Positions 59,657-64,000 of a DNA stretch of 64,000 nucleotides are shown here, one piece after another. This stretch comes from Chloroflexota bacterium (GTDB taxonomy: Bacteria; Chloroflexota; Limnocylindria; P2-11E), in the NCBI GenBank assembly GCA_005880575.1, contig VBIZ01000104.1, positions 3,735 to 67,734 on the forward strand. Reading direction: 5' to 3'. The notes below the pieces were generated by a model that saw nothing but the letters and a program-made list of their open reading frames with translations, ran no database searches and was not told the DNA's origin. Position 1 is the first letter of the stretch, and every line of letters starts with the position of its first letter. Both the position numbers and the translations under genes were made by a program.

Positions 59657-60597
59657 AGGTCGCGGTCACCGGCGGGACCGGCTTCGTCGGGCGGCATCTC
59701 GCGCGGGCGCTTCTCGGGGATCGGCACGACGTCGTGCTCGTCGCCCGCGGCGTCGATAAACGCGACCCCTCGATCCTCGGATCCGGAGCAACGTTTGTCG
59801 CGGCGTCGACCGAAGACAGCGCGTTACTCCAAGAGGCCTTCGCCGGGTGCGATGCGGTCGCGCATTTTGCGGGGATCAACCGCGAGATCGCATCGCAGAC
59901 CTACGAACGCGTGCACGTTCGCGGCACCGGGGCCGTGGTCGACGCGGCGCGGGCCACGGGCGTCCGCAAGATCGTGTACCTGAGCTTCCTGCGCGCCCGT
60001 CCGAGCTGCGGATCGGCGTACCACGAATCCAAATGGGCGGCCGAGGAGATCGTCCGAGCGTCGGGCCTCGACTACACGATCCTGAAGTCGGGCGTCATCT
60101 ATGGGCGAGGCGATCACCTGCTCGATCATGTGAGCCGCGCCCTTTACACGTTCCCGTTCTTCCCGCTCGTCGGTTTTCGTCCGACACGGCTGCGGCCGGT
60201 CTTCGTCGGCGACGTCGTGAGGCTTGCCCAGTCCGCGCTCATCGACCCGCGCCTGTCGCGGCGCACGATCTCGGTGCTCGGACCGGAGGAGCTTGCCGCG
60301 GGCGACGCGATCCGCCGCATCGCGACCGCGGTCGGACGGACCGTTCCGGTCGTTCCAGCGCCGGTGGTCTTCCACCGCGGCCTGGCGTGGCTCTTCGAGC
60401 GCACGATGACCGTCCCTCTTGTCGCGACGGCGCAGGTACGAATCCTTTCGGAAAGCGTCACCGAGGCGCTTCCGTTCGCAGACGCGCCGCCTGCCGACCT
60501 CGCGCCGGCGACGACGTTCTCGGTAGAGCGGATCCGCGCGGAGCTGCCGCCGGCTGGACCCTTCGGCCTGCGCGACCTCCGCCTGTTCCAGCGCTGA
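59653..60597 (+). CDS. NAD(P)-binding epimerase/dehydratase family protein (NDUFA9-like SDR)
   Basis: TGGTGFVG, YHESK; ATGA overlap. Confidence 0.88.
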   Translation: MKVAVTGGTGFVGRHLARALLGDRHDVVLVARGVDKRDPSILGSGATFVAASTEDSALLQEAFAGCDAVAHFAGINREIASQTYERVHVRGTGAVVDAARATGVRKIVYLSFLRARPSCGSAYHESKWAAEEIVRASGLDYTILKSGVIYGRGDHLLDHVSRALYTFPFFPLVGFRPTRLRPVFVGDVVRLAQSALIDPRLSRRTISVLGPEELAAGDAIRRIATAVGRTVPVVPAPVVFHRGLAWLFERTMTVPLVATAQVRILSESVTEALPFADAPPADLAPATTFSVERIRAELPPAGPFGLRDLRLFQR

Positions 60598-60623
60598 CGG
60601 CCTCGCGGCGGCATGCTTGGGAC

Positions 60624-62780
60624 GTGACGCCGACCGCAGCCCGCGCTAGAGCGACTCTGCCGCCGACGACCTCGCTCGACCTTCCGGTCACGCGCGTCGC
60701 CGGCATCGGCAGTGAGTCCGCGAAGCTCCTGGAGCGGATGAATATCCACACGATCGGGGATCTCCTGTGGCACCTGCCCTCGCGGTTCGACGACTTCTCC
60801 AAGTTCGTTCCGCTTCGGCGGCTCCTGCCGAACGCGACCCAGACGGCCGTCGCGACGCTCGGGCGCATCTCGCAGCGGCGCACCGCCACGGGGAAGCTCA
60901 TGACCGAGGCCGAGCTCGCCGAGGAGGACGGCACGCCCACCGACGTGCGCGCGACGTGGTTCGGTCGCGCGTTCGTGAAGGAGACCCACCGCGAGGGCGA
61001 GCGTGTGCGGATCTCGGGGAAGGTCAGGTTTTTCGGGCGCACGCTTCAGTTCAGCCAGCCGACGCTCGAGCGCGCGGACGCGGAGGCCGTGCACACCGGG
61101 CGTCTCGTCCCGATCTATCCGCTGACCGAGGGCATCAAGCCTGGTCAGATGCGACGCTGGCTGCACACCGCCATCGAGGGCGGCACCCATCGGACCGGCC
61201 TCGTGAGCGAGGTGCCCGAGCCGCTCGCGCCGGCGATTCGCGAGCGCCACCACCTGCCCGACATCGCCTCGGCGCTTCGGCAGGTCCACTTTCCCGACGA
61301 TGTGGAGCGCCTGTTCGCGGCGCGGCGCAGGCTCGCGTTCGATGAGCTCCTGGTACTGCAGCTCGCGCTCGCGCAACGGCGCGCGCGCTGGACCGCGCAG
61401 GCGTCGGCGTTGCCGCTGTCCGTTCCCGAAGAGGAGCTTTCGCGATGGATCGCCGAGCTGCCCTTCGCGCTCACCGGCGCGCAGCGGCGTTCGTTCGAGC
61501 AGATCCGGGCGGATCTCGGAAAGCGCGTACCGATGTCGCGCCTGCTCGAGGGCGACGTCGGGTCCGGAAAGACGGTCGTTGCGGCGCTCGCGGCTCGCAT
61601 CGCTACGGCGTCGCGCGCTCAGAGCGCGCTGATGGCGCCGACGGAGCTTCTCGCGGAGCAGCACGCCCGATCGCTCGCCGCGCTCTTCGCGAACGGCGGT
61701 CCGAAGCACGCGCTTCTCACGTCGAGCGTCACCGGCGACCGCCGGCGAGAGATTCTCGCCGGGCTCGCCGACGGCTCCATCGACGTCGCGGTCGGGACGC
61801 ACGCGCTCGTCGAGGAGCACGTCACGTTCAAGCGGCTCGGTCTCGCTGTCGTCGACGAGCAGCACCGCTTCGGCGTTCGCCAGCGCGCGACATTTCGCGA
61901 GAAGGGCACCGGAACCGATCCACACCTGTTGTTGACCACGGCGACGCCGATCCCGCAGACGCTGAATCAGACGATCTACCGCGACCTCGACATCTCCGTG
62001 ATCGACGAGCTCCCCGCCGGTAGAAAGGAGATCGTCACCCACGTGCGAACTCCTGAGCAGCTCCCCGCGGTCTGGGAGGGCGTCCGCCTCGCCGTGAAGC
62101 GTGGCCAGCAGGCGTTCGTCGTCACGCCCCGTATCGACCCAGCGGAGGACGGAGGCGACGACGTCCCCAGCGCGATCGCGACCGAAAAGGATCTGCGGCA
62201 GGAAGAGCTTCGCGGTCTCCGGGTCGCGCTGATGCACGGCCGCATGCCCGCGAAAGAGCGGGACGCCGTCATGCGACGGTTCGCCGATCGCGAGATCGAC
62301 GTGCTGGTGGCCACCACAGTGGTCGAGGTGGGCATAGACATCCCGAACGCGACGGTCATGGTCGTCCTCGGCGCCGAGCGGTTCGGTCTCGCGCAGCTCC
62401 ACCAGCTCCGCGGGCGCATCGGCCGCGGATCGGAGCGCTCGTACTGCGTCCTCGTGTCCGACGCGTCGGATTCCGAGCGGCTCGCCGCGATGACGGCGAA
62501 GAAGCGCGACGAGAGCGGCCGCGAAGTGCCGCTCGGCGGGTTCGACCTCGCCAAACGCGATCTGGCGATCCGCGGGGCGGGGGAGTTCCTTGGTGTGCGC
62601 CAATCCGGGGTACCCGAACTGCGCATCGTCGACCTCGCCGACGTCGATCCGGAACTCATCAGCGAAACTGCGGCGGAAGCGGATCACATTCTCGCCGGCG
62701 ATGCGGCCCTCGAGCGATCCGAGCACGCCGAGCTGTCGCGAGCCGTCGACCAGCTCTGGCGTCGCTACGCGCTCGCCTGA
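60624..62780 (+). CDS. recG: ATP-dependent DNA helicase RecG
   Basis: GDVGSGKT, DEQHRFG, TATPIP, QLHQLRGRIGRG, RG.GE..G..QSG. Confidence 0.95.
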   Translation: MTPTAARARATLPPTTSLDLPVTRVAGIGSESAKLLERMNIHTIGDLLWHLPSRFDDFSKFVPLRRLLPNATQTAVATLGRISQRRTATGKLMTEAELAEEDGTPTDVRATWFGRAFVKETHREGERVRISGKVRFFGRTLQFSQPTLERADAEAVHTGRLVPIYPLTEGIKPGQMRRWLHTAIEGGTHRTGLVSEVPEPLAPAIRERHHLPDIASALRQVHFPDDVERLFAARRRLAFDELLVLQLALAQRRARWTAQASALPLSVPEEELSRWIAELPFALTGAQRRSFEQIRADLGKRVPMSRLLEGDVGSGKTVVAALAARIATASRAQSALMAPTELLAEQHARSLAALFANGGPKHALLTSSVTGDRRREILAGLADGSIDVAVGTHALVEEHVTFKRLGLAVVDEQHRFGVRQRATFREKGTGTDPHLLLTTATPIPQTLNQTIYRDLDISVIDELPAGRKEIVTHVRTPEQLPAVWEGVRLAVKRGQQAFVVTPRIDPAEDGGDDVPSAIATEKDLRQEELRGLRVALMHGRMPAKERDAVMRRFADREIDVLVATTVVEVGIDIPNATVMVVLGAERFGLAQLHQLRGRIGRGSERSYCVLVSDASDSERLAAMTAKKRDESGREVPLGGFDLAKRDLAIRGAGEFLGVRQSGVPELRIVDLADVDPELISETAAEADHILAGDAALERSEHAELSRAVDQLWRRYALA

Positions 62781-63343
62781 TGCGGGTGATCGCAGGGGAG
62801 GCCAAGGGCCGGACCCTGATCGTGCCGCGTGGCGGCGGCACGCGCTCGGCCACGGATCGAATCCGCGAGACGCTGTTCGCGATCGTCGAGCCCGAGCTCG
62901 AAGGTGCGCGCGTCCTCGACCTCTTCGCCGGGGCTGGGACCCTGGGCATCGAGGCACTGTCCCGCGGGGCCGCGCGCGCGACGTTCGTCGAGCGAAGCGC
63001 GGAGGCGGTCAAGGCGCTCCGTCGAAATCTCGCCGCGACCAATTTCGGCGAGCGGTCCGAGGTTGTCGTGGCGAACGTCATCGCTTACCTCGACTCGCGT
63101 CCGCGAGGTCCCTTCGACGTCGCGTTCTGCGATCCGCCGTTCGCAGACGTTGGAATAGCCGAGGCGACCCTGGGTCACGAGGCGCTGCGATCCGCGGTCG
63201 CACCGGGCGGCCTCGTCATTGCGCGCGCGCATGGCAAGCATGTGCCCGTGGTGCCCGCGTCTGCGCACATAGCGCGGATCAAGGAGATCGGTGAGGAGAA
63301 GCTCCTATTCCTGCGGTACATTGACGCCGCTGCGGGAGGGTGA
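62780..63343 (+). CDS. rsmD: 16S rRNA (G966-N2) methyltransferase
   Basis: MRVIAG, RE.LF, LDLFAG.G.LGIEALSRGA, DPPF. Confidence 0.93.
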   Translation: MRVIAGEAKGRTLIVPRGGGTRSATDRIRETLFAIVEPELEGARVLDLFAGAGTLGIEALSRGAARATFVERSAEAVKALRRNLAATNFGERSEVVVANVIAYLDSRPRGPFDVAFCDPPFADVGIAEATLGHEALRSAVAPGGLVIARAHGKHVPVVPASAHIARIKEIGEEKLLFLRYIDAAAGG

Positions 63344-63344
63344 C

Positions 63345-63809
63345 GTGGACATACAGTTCCTGGTCGAGCGCCTCGAGGCCCTCGTGGTCAATGGAAGCAA
63401 GATCCCACTGACCGGCCAGGTCAGATTGGATCAGGCCGCTGTCCTCGACCTCATCGATCAGCTCCGCGTAGCGATCCCCGAAGAGGTCAAGCAGGCGCGC
63501 CGCATCAATCAGGAGAGCGATCGCGTGCTGTCGAAGGCCCGCGAGGAGGCCGAGCAGATCATCGGGGCCGCCCAGGAGCAGGCAGCGCTCTTGCTCCAGG
63601 ACCAATCCATCCTGCGGGAGGCCGAGACCCGCTCCCAGGACGTCCTCGACCGGGCGCAGGTGAAGGCGGAAGAGACCATGCACGGGGCGGATCAGTACGC
63701 CGCGGACGTGCTCGTGCGCCTCGAGAGCGACCTGGTCAAGACGCTCTCGGTAATAAAGAAGAGCCTCGAGGTGTTAGAGGAGCGACGAGCAGCGCCGACG
63801 GAGGGCTAG
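63345..63809 (+). CDS. Conserved coiled-coil protein (ATP synthase b-like hypothetical usually found between coaD and DUF177)
   Basis: IPLTG...IDQLR..IPEE.KQA, A..YA motifs; GGGAGG RBS. Confidence 0.8.
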   Translation: MDIQFLVERLEALVVNGSKIPLTGQVRLDQAAVLDLIDQLRVAIPEEVKQARRINQESDRVLSKAREEAEQIIGAAQEQAALLLQDQSILREAETRSQDVLDRAQVKAEETMHGADQYAADVLVRLESDLVKTLSVIKKSLEVLEERRAAPTEG

Positions 63810-63815
63810 ACCCAC

Positions 63816-64000
63816 ATGAAGATCAATGTCGCACCGCTGCTGAAGCAGCCGGTCGGCACGCAGGCCGAATACGAAGTAAGCGAATCGCCGATCGACCCCC
63901 GCGGCGAGAACGCCGGCCTCACCGAGGCGGGGGCAACGAGCATCGAGGCCGACATCGTCGCGACTCACACCAATCCCGGTGCGTACCTGGAGGGCGATGC
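63816..64000 (+). CDS. DUF177/YceD family protein, 3' partial
   Basis: MKINVAPLLKQPVG start and conserved position after the coiled-coil gene; runs off the window. Confidence 0.7.
   Translation, partial: MKINVAPLLKQPVGTQAEYEVSESPIDPRGENAGLTEAGATSIEADIVATHTNPGAYLEGD

Overview
High-GC bacterial chromosome segment, not a mobile element. Gene content and order suggest Chloroflexota, possibly a Limnocylindria/Ellin6529-like lineage (inference). It carries about 60 CDS. Housekeeping blocks are rpsF-ssb-rpsR, ileS, fabD-fabF-fabG-lspA-rluD-gmk-priA-def-fmt-rlmN, and rpmB/DAK2-recG-rsmD-DUF177. It also has tRNA-Leu(UAA), a lysine-riboswitch-controlled Thermus-type alpha-aminoadipate operon (homocitrate synthase plus homoaconitase), a nucleoside-type ABC importer and a tripartite tricarboxylate transporter. 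Most interesting observations: (1) a FadR-regulated three-subunit oxalate-oxidoreductase-like enzyme with YPIRP, no CoA-binding loop and a changed specificity residue, whose operator-like palindrome recurs upstream of the TctCBA transporter, suggesting an undescribed carboxylate catabolic regulon; (2) an ileS T-box joining an actinobacterial-type ultra-short stem I to an intrinsic terminator, ahead of an IleRS2 with GVHH/EFHKS motifs; (3) a GGDEF-ribbon-helix-helix fusion and a REC-MshEN-like protein; (4) two copies of a ~140-160 bp covarying structured intergenic element; (5) several genes that appear to need CTG starts. All homology calls are from motif recognition and memory; no database search was run.
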